From Eledone cirrhosa (taxonomy: Eukaryota): a DNA stretch of 64,000 nucleotides. Where the stretch lies: contig OZ024743.1 of assembly GCA_964016885.1 (NCBI GenBank), forward strand, positions 292,206,001 to 292,270,000. The letters are read 5' to 3'. This document shows, one piece after another, positions 26,989-40,356 of this stretch. Made by a program: the position numbers and the translations under genes. Numbering within the stretch: the stretch's first letter is position 1; each line of letters opens with the position of its first letter. The notes under the pieces are model-generated. The model ran no database searches. It saw only the letters and a list, made by a program, of their open reading frames with translations, and was not told the origin of the DNA.

Positions 26989-28514
26989 GACATAATGATT
27001 AGTAGAGTGAGTAGGATTAAACGAGAAAGCCTCCGGGCTAGAAATAATAACCAACTCTCCCTCATTACATCCTTTACCATCTTCAAAGTAAAAGATCGAT
27101 CGTGAGAATCCGTGAACGAGAAGTTAACTTATTAACCATTCAGCCATGTTACGTCCAAACACACACAGAAGTAAAAATAATCGCAAATAGAAACATTAAT
27201 TATAACACAAATCACACGCACGCAATAATATGACTAAATAAACAACACCCCCACGCAAATTAAATATCTCTAAATAAGCAACACAGATGTGGTGCCCGTT
27301 CTCACAAGCACACACAACAATATCAGTAAAAGCAACACCAGCAGATCCGTCGTCCACAAAGCACAAACTCAAAAACCAATAACAGCACGTACATAGAAAA
27401 ATATTCGAAAATACACAAACATTCAGAAAAACAGTCAAGTATGCACACGTAAAAGAGAATAATTAAATATATCCACAAGGAAAACGATAAACATACAAAG
27501 GAACAAAAAATACACGACACGTACTTAACACACATTAGCGAAATTGGTAAACAGACACAACAGACAGAGATATCATATGACACATATACACACACTGAAC
27601 ACATGATTGGTTCGTTGAACGATTTTATAAAAATGAATGAAATTTCACTGATAAGAATTTAATTACGTACTTCCTGTGAAATATCGATCGCTAATTTTCG
27701 ATCCCAATATTTGCAATCGATTAACTAAATATTGGAGAGCTGCAGCAATACCAGTAGATAAAGATTTGGATTAACGATCAATGGTTAGGATCAATGATTC
27801 ATACCCTGACACTTCTATACTATTCTGGAAATTAGGTATCCAAAGAATCTAAATTACAAATATACCGATTAATCTTGCAATAAATATGTACCGTTGACAT
27901 GAAAGTAACCGGTGGTATGAAATGGAAGAATGGTCGATAGTTTGTACCCCATTAATGCTGTCGTGATTGTGTTACGGCAAACAATATCTTAATTCTCTGG
28001 ATTCAACACTTCCTAATCTATGGTTGATAAACCCCTCGTTTGACGTAAACTTAGTTAAAAAAATTCAAGTACTTTGTTGAAAACATAATATGCACATCGG
28101 GTATCGGGTATCTTCTCTAAGTATAAAGTTTTTTTTCAGTTTCGATTGTTATTCTCTTCAAAAAGAAATTTGTGAAAGGAAGGATTTTAGCAGTGTTTGG
28201 AAGAGTTAGTGGCAAAATAAAATTAGGTCCAAGGAATTAAAAAATATACTTGGTAATGAAAAGAATGTGTATCGCTGATCGATCGTCGGTCTGTTTCGTT
28301 CAACTCCATAAACACCACGAGAATAATATATTAGATTTATTTATGACTACGTACAAAAAGCGTATTGGTAATAAATTGTTTCTTTATTCGATTCTAGCTT
28401 TTGAATAACAATAATAATGTAGAAATGAAGCACATATATATGAAGTAATGTACTATTTTCTATTTGTTTCCTTTTATTTACAGCTTCAAACAGCAAAAAA
28501 ACAACAACAAAAAT

Positions 28515-28897
28515 GGTAACTATTTCTGGCTTAGTCTCAAGGTCTCAAATATTGGGCAGTGGTATTTAACTAGTATTTTATTTTATCGAACCTAGTCAAT
28601 AAAGGTCAAAGTTAAACTCGAGGAAATTTGAAATCAGACCGTACCGGGCCGTGATCACTTCTACGAATTTAACGATCCCGTTAACGCATCACCAATACCA
28701 ATAAAGAAGAAAATAATTGTTTCTACATTTGGCACAAGGCCAGTAATTATCCCAGTGCATTACTGGTACTTTATTTTATCGACCCCGTAAGGATGAAAGG
28801 CAAAGTTAACCTCGGCGGGATTGAACTCAGAATGGCAAGGGCCGTAACTCTATGCGTCAAAGCATGGCGTCCAACCCTCTACCGATACTGCCAATCT
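28515..28897 (-). mobile_element. Two adjacent SINEs (old copy ~28515-28695, younger copy 28713-28897)
   Basis: Both match the family in reverse complement. Confidence 0.8.
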
Positions 28898-29860
28898 ATG
28901 ACTTCGAATCAATCCATGACACGAATAAAGAAGAAAATAATAATCATATATAATACAGCCTCTGTACTTTGTCTACGGCAAAGATATTTGTCTCAAACGA
29001 TACGCACTTCATCTAGCTGCAAATATATACAAAAGGTCGGTACTAACCTCAGTTTTAACAGCAGAAGTTTACGCTTGTCTACGCACAGGCCTCTATTTTT
29101 TTTATAGGAGGGCAATTTTAAACGTGTGGCATTTAGACATTTTCTAATGACACAAGCGTTATATCAATGAAATAGTATTTTTTTTTTTATTTGTAATTAA
29201 CAAAGCACTTAATTCAGGATTAGACGATCGTGAACATATTGAATGTTATGGATTTCATAGCATTCCAATATGCAATGTTAATATAAATCCTTTACTTTCA
29301 CTTAATTTCAAAGATGAAGATATAGAATTGACAATATGTCTGGGGAACCACAAACTTGTTCATCTCGTTTAACGATTGGCAATATTTTCGAGTATATATT
29401 TCCCGTCATCTTCTTTTGTTCAATAAAATGAGTGTAAGTCTCTTCCATAATGCAACTGACGAATGGAACATTTTAAAGAACTGTTTTTAACATAATTGTT
29501 TTAGTCCAAGTAACAACAACACAAAATAACAATATTTATTTTAATTATTAACATCTTATTATGAACAGATGCCAATTATAGGACCAAATACGATCAATCA
29601 GTATGAAACAATTATGATGCAAAGTTAAGTGAACTAGGAGCGAATGTAGCTTCCCAATATGGATGACTAATGGTGAACAGCTAACGATACGAGGACAAAA
29701 AAATCCAGTCAACATGGACAACTAATGATGAACAGAAACACTTACTAGGACCAAATACTGCCAGTAAATGTAAACAGTAAAAAGAAAGTAAATCAGTATT
29801 CTAATAAAGAAAAATAGCCCTACTTGAAATATGTTTCTTAACTTCAGCTTGTATTTTATT

Positions 29861-30053
29861 ATAATTGTTTCTACTTTTGGCACAAGGCCAGCAATTACCC
29901 AGTTCATTACTGGTACTTTATTTTATCGACCCCATAAGGATGAATGGCAAAGTTAACCTCGGCGGGATTTGAACTCAGAATGACAAGGGCCGTAACTCTA
30001 TGCGTCAAAGCATGGCGTCCGACCCTCTACCGATACTACCAATCCACCGCCCT
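29861..30053 (-). mobile_element. SINE with 18-bp TSD
   Basis: TSD cttgtattttattataat at 29848-29865 and 30054-30071. Confidence 0.9.
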
Positions 30054-31088
30054 CTTGTATTTTATTATAATGGAACATAATATCTACAAATCCACAATCA
30101 GCATAAATCCGCAAGTGTGTGCAATATTTACTCCCAGGCGATAATTTTACACCAGATTTGGAATCTCTAGCAATACAGCCCTGATATCAGAGTTTCTATT
30201 GTGAACTAGACAATGTGAATTCGCTTAAGAAAATCAATAGAATAAGCGTGTATCATAGATTGAGTTAGAAACTCAAAATAGTCTTTTACAATTAAATAGC
30301 TCAAAGAAGGGAATCTTTCTGATCCGTGTAATATAATTGAATATATGAGAGGGATGAACACAGATATAACTATACATGTGTTCCAATTGCAAATGACCAA
30401 GTTAGTTAGGTTGAAAAATACTAATTTAAAGCAATGTGGTTTGCCTGGCTCGATTTAACATAATAAATCAATAAAAATAACAAACCTATATCAGAGAAAT
30501 AGCCTATGATACCCGACAGACATAAATCTGTTTAGCAAGTATTATTAAGTGAAAGCTAGAACTCCTGTGCACTTCTGCGGGTATCAGGGAAAATGTGTAC
30601 CTTTCAGTTCAAAGGATCTAAGAAGACTGAACGATGCACGGGTATAAACGCACATGTTACAGCGCCTAACGCGTCCCATACTCATGCCGCTAAAATAGCA
30701 GCTGTGTTTATGAGACTAAAGTTAGCTCTACATACATACTGAGATAATACCCAAAATAATCTTTTACAATTAAATAGCTCAAAGAAGGGAATCTTTCCGA
30801 GCCATATTTTCTATATCCATCACATTGTGTATCCTTCATAATGACGAACAAATGTAATTGACTATACGAGGTCGGTCTATCTGCTAGAATTAGCCACCAA
30901 ATCACATTCTACTCATTAACAGATGAGTATATTAAACGATATTTGACAATCTGTTACTAGGGTGAATGGGGCGACAATATGATTAAGTTGAAACACCCAT
31001 TATGATAGGTCTTTCTCAGTCAAGGGTAACCTAGGGGTAAGCATCAAAAACGACAACTTACTTTAGAGCGGCGACTGACAAGATAAAG

Positions 31089-31252
31089 TAATTGTTTCTA
31101 CTTTTGGCACCAGGCCAGCAATTACCCAGTGCATTACTGGTACTTTATTTTACCGACCCCGTAAGGATGAAAGGCAAAGTTAACCTCGGCGGTATTTGAA
31201 CTCAGATCATAAAGGCGCCCGACCCTTTACCGACACTGCCAATCCACCGCCC
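31089..31252 (-). mobile_element. SINE with internal deletion and 21-bp TSD
   Basis: TSD cgactgacaagataaagtaat at 31072-31092 and 31252-31272. Confidence 0.9.
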
Positions 31253-31468
31253 GACTGACAAGATAAAGTAATGTTGACAGGATAGGAACTGGAACCATCT
31301 GTGATAGACGAGCCACTTGCTTCTCCAGAGATGTAGAACAATATATATAAAACACACACACAGAAACACGCACACACACACGTAAACACATACAATCACA
31401 ATCCTTTTGTGTGTGTGTGTGTGTGTGTATACATATATGTGTGTGTGTGTATATATGTATATATGCAA

Positions 31469-31505
<37 letters not shown>

Positions 31506-31519
31506 AGTGCGTGTGTGTG

Positions 31520-31597
<78 letters not shown>

Positions 31598-31980
31598 GAT
31601 AATAGAGCAGAATTGGAAAAAAAAGCTTATAAGAAATATAGACAGACCTTTAAAAAATATTTCCATTCTTTTATAGAGTAAATATATAGGTGCACTAAAC
31701 TAGAATAAGAAAACACAGCCTGGATGGTTCTCACATTTTCTATGGTATCATATACACCCTAGCAAAAAGAAAATGATTATGAAATACTGTCTACTGAGCA
31801 AAAGTATTTGTTGCGGTATTTGGTGTCTTCGTTGTACAATCATAGAAGCATAACTTAGAAATACTATACATATAGAGACATGTTCATTCACGTGTAAACA
31901 CATACACACACGTATATGTATATATGTATATGTATGAGTGACGCTAGGTTTTGAGGTCCAGTTACGGCCAAGATACCCTG

Positions 31981-32031
<51 letters not shown>

Positions 32032-32307
32032 GTGTGTGTGTTCACTATTAGGGGCTTGTGGAGACGGAAAATGTTGGAAGTCCATAAAACATTGTAGTTC
32101 TTGATTCATATTAGATTGCACAGTACATATCGATATATATATAGTGCATAGACACCAGTGTGCTATTCTTGATATCATTAGTGATAACAATTCCTTGAAA
32201 ATTGGGCCTCTTAAAATAAAACTAAATGACTACGCATGGTAAGGATTTATATAGCTTAACCAAAGTACACTCTATATAATTGTTCGAGAAACTACCACAA
32301 AATGATG

Positions 32308-32338
<31 letters not shown>

Positions 32339-32417
32339 TGAGAGAGAGAGATGTGAATGAGAGATTGATAGATTGTTAGATATGAATAACATGCGTACAC
32401 ACACACATATATATATA

Positions 32418-32451
<34 letters not shown>

Positions 32452-33481
32452 CATAAAGGAAATCAAAGAACGACTCAAACAATTTTTATTCGCTGACAAT
32501 GTTTGATCCATACCGTGGGGAAAGTATCATCAGAGCGTTATAAACAAAATATAGTGTTGAATGTAAGCTCTACCAAGCTTGGTCACCTGAACAGTAGAGA
32601 TACAGTACAGGATAATAAGAGGGATATTGGAGATGAGAAGGATGGAGTGAATGCGTAATGGGGTTGTTAGCCAACATTATAGCAAAATATGAGAATACAA
32701 GCAGATTTTGTCACAAGAAACTGAGGCATGTGATGGTACACAAAAGCAATTAAAAGCAATTAAAGATAATTAAAAAAAGAGAGAAAAAGAAATTGAGGCA
32801 TGTGAAGGCACACAAAAGCAACAAACGAAGGTATGCATTGGTCACTATAGAAGACAGGTGAGTTAGATTTCCATGACTTAGAGTCAGAGAATCAAACGAG
32901 AAACAGAGGCAAGTGAATGCACACAGAAGCAATCAAATGATACATGCACTATGCACCATAGGAGGCAGATTAGGCAAAGTAATTTCAAATGACTTAGAGT
33001 CATATGTCGTATCTGCCCTAATTATGGGTTCAAAGGGTAAATCATAGGCCCTACGAACATCACAATACCCAATATTAGAATGTTTATTAGATAAGTTTCA
33101 TTTCACTACGAATAAGGCATGTCACAAGTCACCGTAAGGGGAAGAATCCTAGCCCAGTAGGATCACGTCCTCCTTCTGGGTGGGCAAGTTCGATATGTCA
33201 TGGTAGTATAGCTAGTGTTTTAAATGGCAAGTTATAAACTCGATTACTCAACAACAACCATATAACACTCACTAGAGGTGCACTCAAGAATATAAAAGAG
33301 ACTATTAATGATCCGTGATGTATCAATCATTAAAATCATTAAATTCAGGCCATCATACACCTGATGCCTCTCTACGGGGAGAGAGGATAACGCCACTATT
33401 GGGTATCCTACATAGGAGCCTTTCGTATCAACATGAACCAGAGAAGTAATATATATATTATGAATAAATATATATATATTG

Positions 33482-33550
<69 letters not shown>

Positions 33551-33569
33551 ATATATATATATATATATA

Positions 33570-33768
33570 TAGGAAAAAGTATTACCCCGACGGCAGAGCT
33601 CAAGCCGTTTCGACGGCTATTTCTGGACTATTCAGAAATAGCCGCCGAAACGGGTTGAGCTCTGCCATCGGGGTCATACTTTTTCCTATTTCCCACTCTA
33701 CTACCCTAAGTATTGAGTACTCTGGTGCGTTATGGTCCATCTGGTTCCTTACCACATTTCCTTTGTTA
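33570..33768. mobile_element. Short palindromic-head cassette in (TA)n, family A copy 2
   Basis: Homologous to 10678-10872; palindrome spans 33570-33688. Confidence 0.75.
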
Positions 33769-33787
33769 TATATATGTATATATATAT

Positions 33788-33819
<32 letters not shown>

Positions 33820-33840
33820 GTAAATTTAAATATATATATA

Positions 33841-34380
33841 GCCAGCCAGGAGTGAGCGATATGTCGGCATGACCCAGGACAGGTTTAAAACCAGATTTTA
33901 TTCACATGTCGCTTCTTTTAAGCACTCCGATAAACGAATATCAACGGCCTTCGCAAGTAAGGTGTGGGAATTCAAGGATAGTAACATCCCGTACTCTATC
34001 GATTGGTCTATCTTAGACCATTCGAGGGAGTACCAAAGGGGCACAAAGAATTGTTCTTTGTGTACCACTGAAAAATATAGGAATTTGCTAAACTTGAGAG
34101 CCACTTCTGCTTGCCTAAACTCAAAGACCGAGATCTTCAGATGTTGTCCTCATCTGAGATCACATCTGATCTGTAACTGGATTGACACTCCTATGATAAA
34201 TCAACCGCCTTGAACTCCTTCTCTGCTCTTTACTTCTACTACGGTTTTTTTATTTGCTGAAAAATACGTTCTGTACCCTTGTATTCTTTTTCTCCTTTAT
34301 CTCCCCTTATATTTCATCTTTTCCTATGTCTTCTTTCACCCCCATATATTCTTTTTGTCTTACCCTTCACATACCAAAAT
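33841..34380 (+). pseudogene. Naiad-type PLE 3' fragment (GIY-YIG C-terminal half) inserted at (TA)n
   Basis: YVGMTQDRFKTRFYSH..SF...KVWEFK......IDWSI......CSLCTTEK...LNSKTEIFRCCPH. Confidence 0.85.
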
Positions 34381-34397
34381 GTATGTGTATGTATGTG

Positions 34398-34454
<57 letters not shown>

Positions 34455-34485
34455 ATAGATATATATGTAGATAGACCAGGTTTTT

Positions 34486-34544
34486 TTCATTCTGATGATA
34501 GTAGGCAAAATTCTTTTGCTTTTAAGAAACCACTGGTGAATGGA
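34486..34544 (+). ncRNA. Hammerhead motif downstream of the Naiad fragment, probably inactive (GUG at cleavage site)
   Basis: ttcatt-CTGATGA-...-GAAA-ccactgg-TG-aatgga. Confidence 0.6.
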
Positions 34545-34646
34545 ATAATTGCCTTATGTTGTTTATTACATTTATATATATATGTACATGTATATTTTGG
34601 AGTTATATAAGGTTCTTATGAGTTATCTAAGATTGAGTTTTACACT

Positions 34647-34715
<69 letters not shown>

Positions 34716-34817
34716 ATGTGTGTGTGTGTGTGTTTGTATTTGGTTGTGCGTGTTTCTGATATGTACGTATTTGTATGTGTATAATTGTATAGCTATGTAT
34801 GTATGTGTTTGTGTATG

Positions 34818-34852
<35 letters not shown>

Positions 34853-35286
34853 ATGTATGTTTATGTGTGTGTGTGTATATATGTATATGTGTGTGTGTGT
34901 GTGTGTTTGTGTATGTATTTGTGTATGGGTTTATGTATTTGTATATGTATATTTATGTGTGAGAGTGTGTGTATGTATTTACTTTTTCGTACGTATGTGT
35001 ACGTGCATTTGTGTGTATTGCTTACCACGCGTGTCTGTTCATCTATTCGTCGTTTTATATCGCTGTCAACTGCATAATAGTCTTTATTATTTTTTTTATA
35101 TATATATTTTTTCTTATATTTATTTGCGTGTGTGAATATGTAGAGGTGTGTATATATATTTTTCTAATTTTGTACATGCATATGTATGCATTCATGTATG
35201 TGTATGTATGTACGTGTGTATATAGGTATGATTGTGTGCATGTTTGTATGTATGTATATGTATGTGTGTATGGCTGTGTATGTGTA

Positions 35287-35384
<98 letters not shown>

Positions 35385-35601
35385 GTTTCTATATATATAT
35401 ATGTGTGTGTATATATGTGTGTGTGGTTGTATATAGGTATGCGTATGTATGGATGTCTTGATATGTATGTGCGTATGTACGTATGTGTATATGTATGTGT
35501 ATGGGTGTATTTATATACACATATATATGTGTATATGTGTGTGTGTATGTATGAGTGTATGTATATATATATATATATATATATAGGTGTGTGAATGTAT
35601 G

Positions 35602-35670
<69 letters not shown>

Positions 35671-35776
35671 ATGTGTTTATATTTTATTTTTCCATTCCTT
35701 CTTCTTTCTCCAGCTCACTTTCATATAGATTGCATTTTTGTTTTTAAAATCCAAATTCAATAAACAGACCAAGATT

Positions 35777-35838
35777 TTTTCATTCTGATGATTGAAAGAA
35801 TTTTGTTTTGCTTTTAAGAAACCAGTGGTAAATGGAAA
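35777..35838 (+). ncRNA. Type I hammerhead ribozyme (same family as 34486)
   Basis: ttttcatt-CTGATGA-ttgaaag..cttttaa-GAAA-cca g tgg-TA-aatggaaa; GUA site. Confidence 0.75.
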
Positions 35839-35886
35839 AATTGCTTAATGTTGTTTATTACATAACTATATATATATATATATTCA

Positions 35887-36007
<121 letters not shown>

Positions 36008-36011
36008 ATAT

Positions 36012-36192
36012 AATGTAGGAGGTAAGATATATTGCAGCACAATAAAGCAATGCAAATGTTTTTCGAGCTTCATATCATGTCTCTCTATTTTATCTGATGA
36101 GAACGCAAATGTCATCCCATGATGATATTTGTTTTTGAAATGCGCATAATAAAATATATGGAACTCTTTTAACCATCTTTTGATCTTATATT
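36012..36192. mobile_element. HHR cassette family B: inverted 3' tip plus HHR segment, in (TA)n
   Basis: Homologous to 47068-47330 and 58093-58482. HHR at 36087-36155: attttat-CTGATGA-...-GAAA-tgcgca-TA-ataaaat. Confidence 0.8.
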
Positions 36193-36193
36193 A

Positions 36194-36223
<30 letters not shown>

Positions 36224-36224
<1 letters not shown>

Positions 36225-36668
36225 TTACGATATTAAATAAATGGAAACTATATTTATAAAACCATATTTATTTCACTATATATATTTCAGGGATATCATA
36301 TTAACAATATGCTATGCCTTCCTCAGACAAAATACAATATAGACAGTTTTATAGATAAATAGATTTGACATACCGTTCAACATCGACTTGTATTTGAAAA
36401 GTTGATTTGGCAAATACAAGTCGATGTTGAACGGTATATCAAATCTATTTATCTATAAAACTGTCTATATTGTATTTTGTCTGAGGAAGGCATAGCATAT
36501 TGTTAATATGATATCCCTGAAATATATATAATGAAATAAATATGGTTTTATAAATATAGTTTCCATTTATTTAATGTCGTAAATATACTCCAAATACTTG
36601 TCGAGTGCTTTTATATCAGTTATAAATATTTACTAGTTGTAACCCAACAATTTAAATATAACTTTCCA
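36224..36668. mobile_element. Palindromic HHR cassette (173-bp arms, 14-bp spacer) in (TA)n
   Basis: 36224-36396 vs 36411-36583. HHR at 36473-36538: tattttgt-CTGAGGA-agg...cct-GAAA-tatata-TA-atgaaata, mirrored on the minus strand. Confidence 0.85.
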
Positions 36669-36773
36669 TATATATATATTTATATATATATATATATATG
36701 CACTCGTGTGTGAGTGCGTCGTTGTGTATGTAAAAATGTACTTCCAACTTACATAAATTTTTGTTGACAGATA

Positions 36774-36785
36774 GTTGTTGTTGTT

Positions 36786-36818
<33 letters not shown>

Positions 36819-36843
36819 CTTCTTCTTCTTCTTCTTCTTCTTC

Positions 36844-36924
<81 letters not shown>

Positions 36925-36937
36925 TTCTTCTTCTTCT
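36774..36937 (+). repeat. Compound microsatellite (GTT)n(CTT)n(ATT)n(CTT)n
   Basis: Direct reading. Confidence 0.95.
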
Positions 36938-37233
36938 TTGCCCATGTATTTCTGTACTGTAGATTATATCTGTTGTAAGGGCACAGAGACTGTCTTGTGT
37001 GTGTAACGACATATATTGGTCATATGTGAACAATATTATGGCCAGAAAAAGCAAGATCGATTTCGATCAAATTTGAGACACCTGTCTGTCATTTGAACGC
37101 AGAGAAATTGTGTGTACAATCTGACAAACTAATGACTTCATGAAAAATTAAAAATCTGATTTGCATAGATATAGTTTTCCTTGTAACTCGTCAATTAATA
37201 TAATTATTGATATGCTCATTTGCTTATATTATT

Positions 37234-37412
37234 AATCGGTAGAGAGTCGGGCGCCATGCTTTGACGCATAGAGAGTTACGGCCCATGCCATTCTGAGTTC
37301 AAATCCCGCCGAGGTTAACTTTGCCTTTCATCCTTACGGGGTCGATAAAATAAAGTACCAGTAATACACTGGGTAATTGCTGGCCTTGTGCCAAATGTAG
37401 AAACAATTATTA
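37234..37412 (+). mobile_element. SINE
   Basis: Same family as 18284-18473, slightly 5'-truncated. Confidence 0.9.
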
Positions 37413-38691
37413 CTTCGCCTGCAATTACACACGCATCGCTAGAAATCTCTTTTGTTAGTACCACCGATTTACTCTACAGTACAATTACATCATCACCATA
37501 TGCTGCAGAGCGAAACGATGATTAATATATGAAAGAATTTTGCAGAATAATAAGGTACTTTACGGCACCATTTGCATTTCTTTTTGTTCAAATTTCAACT
37601 ATGTTTACTTCGACATCATCATCCTTCAGTCGATTGTCTGTGTCAATTCTCCTTCTGCTTCTTTCTTTGAGTCAGTTTTTCTCTCTGTGGTTGGATCTGG
37701 AATGTTTTAAATTCCCAAGACATGACAAATGTCACCACGTCTCATGTGGAATTAACATTATTAGTTTTTGTCACATATAGATAACAGCGACTGCCGCGGC
37801 TCTTTTAAGCCATTGCCCTGGCAACACTATTATATTTTACGTCGTTGTCAAAACTTAAATGAATTTCGAAAGTACCCTGTACTAAATTATTGCTTTGAAT
37901 GAATGAGAGAAATATGTTTTCGATCAACCCGATACACGTGTTAACTGTTAGGTGCGGCGATGTTATATCTAATTTGTATATTGCTAGGGCATTTTCCATT
38001 AAAATGTTAACTAGCCGTCTCTTTGCATTTACATTCGGATTGGATTATGTGTGAAGTGGTCATGTATTTTTGGTTATAGTTAAAGATTTGTGAAACTATG
38101 TTAACTATACAACCATACCTAGCCTTAACAGAATTATTTCAGATCTTATCATATTTGTGTGAAGTACCGGCTTGTAAAAGGAAGGTCTTAGCTACATAAT
38201 AGTTATATTTAAGCTGTGGAGACGAATAAACCAGATAACTTTTCTCCTTTTACGTTTGGTGTTATTTATTGCAGCTTGCTCTATGTATTGCAGCTTGATG
38301 TTAAAGACTCTGTTATTGTAGCGTGGGGCAGCTATGCTGAATATTTCTACGTACAATGGCAATTTAAATATGTGTCTACTAATGTTATCTGCAATGTGAT
38401 GTATGATCGCAGACCAGTGTTTGGCATTCTGATTTATATGTATTATTTATATATTGCCGAAAGTGGATAACATAAGGAAAGAGATGAAGAGAGAAAGAGA
38501 AAAATGAGGAGAAAGAGAGGGGAATGAGTGGCTGAGGAGAAACATAGATAAAAGGCGTTATTTATAAGTGCAAGAATGAATATATTGTTATGGCTGTAAG
38601 AAATATGTTCCATTATGTGAGATATATATGTTTATGTCGAGGGAGAAGGACTTCGTATATGTATATATATATATACTTACATATATGTAAA

Positions 38692-38794
<103 letters not shown>

Positions 38795-39473
38795 TTGGAG
38801 GGGGAGTGTATACATGTATATATATATATATATCGTGTATACATATATATATATATATTTATACAAATATGTATGTGCATTTGTCTATATGTGTCTAATT
38901 ATATATTATTTATATATGTATGTATGTGAATAAGCATATATGTATGTATTAATGCATGTATGTATATATGAATGGGCTTTAATATGCACACATATATAAA
39001 TAGGCAGATACTCCGCACTCCATATACAGTTACACTAATAAATACATATGAAATCCATTCCTTCTACTTCCCTGCGTATTCACACATACACAATTTCACA
39101 CAGATCTATGAACATACAAATAAGAATTACATCCAAAGGCATACGGATCTACGCACACAAACTTGACCGCCACAGACAGTCATGGTTGGCAGGTAAATAT
39201 TCAAGTTTCATACTTTATATGGCTTATTTCGAAATATTGGCAGCAAACATTAATTGGGGTTTGACTTCCCTAAATTTCAGGTCATGACCTCAATATACAT
39301 GTAGTGCCAAATAAACGTAGCTTTTGCTACGAGCTTCATGCTCTATATACTGATCCGCTAATCGATTACTATAATACAATTTTCAGTTTTCATCTTATAC
39401 ATAATATTTTCAGAGAACGTAGAATTTTGCTTCTCGTCCATATGCTATTTCATGATTTCAAATATATATATAT

Positions 39474-40317
39474 AATACAATATATAGAGGGGAAAGACAT
39501 AGAAGAGTGTGTTTTTCTGCTGATGACCTGCAGGGCCGAATTGGAACCCACTAAAATGGCGAAACATTCTCCTGGTGAGTGTGTACATGTGTGATTTAGG
39601 TGAGGTTGGTTTCTCATTTTAATTTATACTTTTAATTTTAATATTTTTCCTATGCCTCTAGTAGCTTATATTCTCTTCGCGCTAGTGGTTTGAAATTCCT
39701 ATAATGAAAAACACACTCTTCTGTGTCTTTCCCCTCTATATTTTGTATTTTAAAGAGCCCAGGAAAACTCTTTCCTTTGAGCTCATTTAATTACAGGATT
39801 ATAACCGAGTCCTTTGCTCCGTTATTTTATTTGATATTTGCTCCATGCGCTCTCTACGCTGTTGAGCACCATAAATTGAATTGTATAGGCTGCCATTTCT
39901 AGCAGCTTGTTCTGTTTATGCCACCGATTACTGCCCCGCGCATGCATTTTCCTTATGTCTACACGTGCGAAAGGTAGTTTACTTTAGTTCTCTTTTGTAG
40001 TGCGAATAATATCGGCCTTCCACATGCTGATGACTCACAGGACCGAATTGGAACCCACTAAAATGGCGAAACATTCTCCTGGTGAGTGTGTACATGTGTG
40101 ATTTAGGTGAGGTTGGTTTCTCATTTTAATTTATAATTTTAATTTTAATGTTTTTCCTATGCCTCTAGTAGCTTATGGTTTGAAATTCCTGTAATGAAAA
40201 ACACACTCTTCTGTGTCTTTCCCCTCTATATATTGTATTTTAAAGTGCTCGGGGAAACTCTTTCCTTTGAACTCATTTAATTACAGGATTATACGCGAGT
40301 CCTTTGCTCCGTTATTT

Positions 40318-40320
<3 letters not shown>
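39474..40320 (+). mobile_element. Non-coding ~507-bp partial tandem (about 1.6 units) with HHR-like motif and inverted 5' tip
   Basis: CTGATGA at 39520 and 40027 start homologous blocks; 39474-39516 is the reverse complement of the aaaacacactcttc...tattgtatt segment; ends at (TA)n. Confidence 0.75.

Positions 40321-40356
<36 letters not shown>

Noticed and set aside
25630-27832. 14-20-nt AG..GT micro-exon-like blocks on the minus strand
   Set aside because: Expected by chance in AT-rich DNA; no supporting context.
32520-33240. Possible old LINE remnant with degenerate internal repeats (also ~19740-20000, ~21480-21760, ~59640-60010)
   Set aside because: Too decayed to assign motifs reliably by eye.
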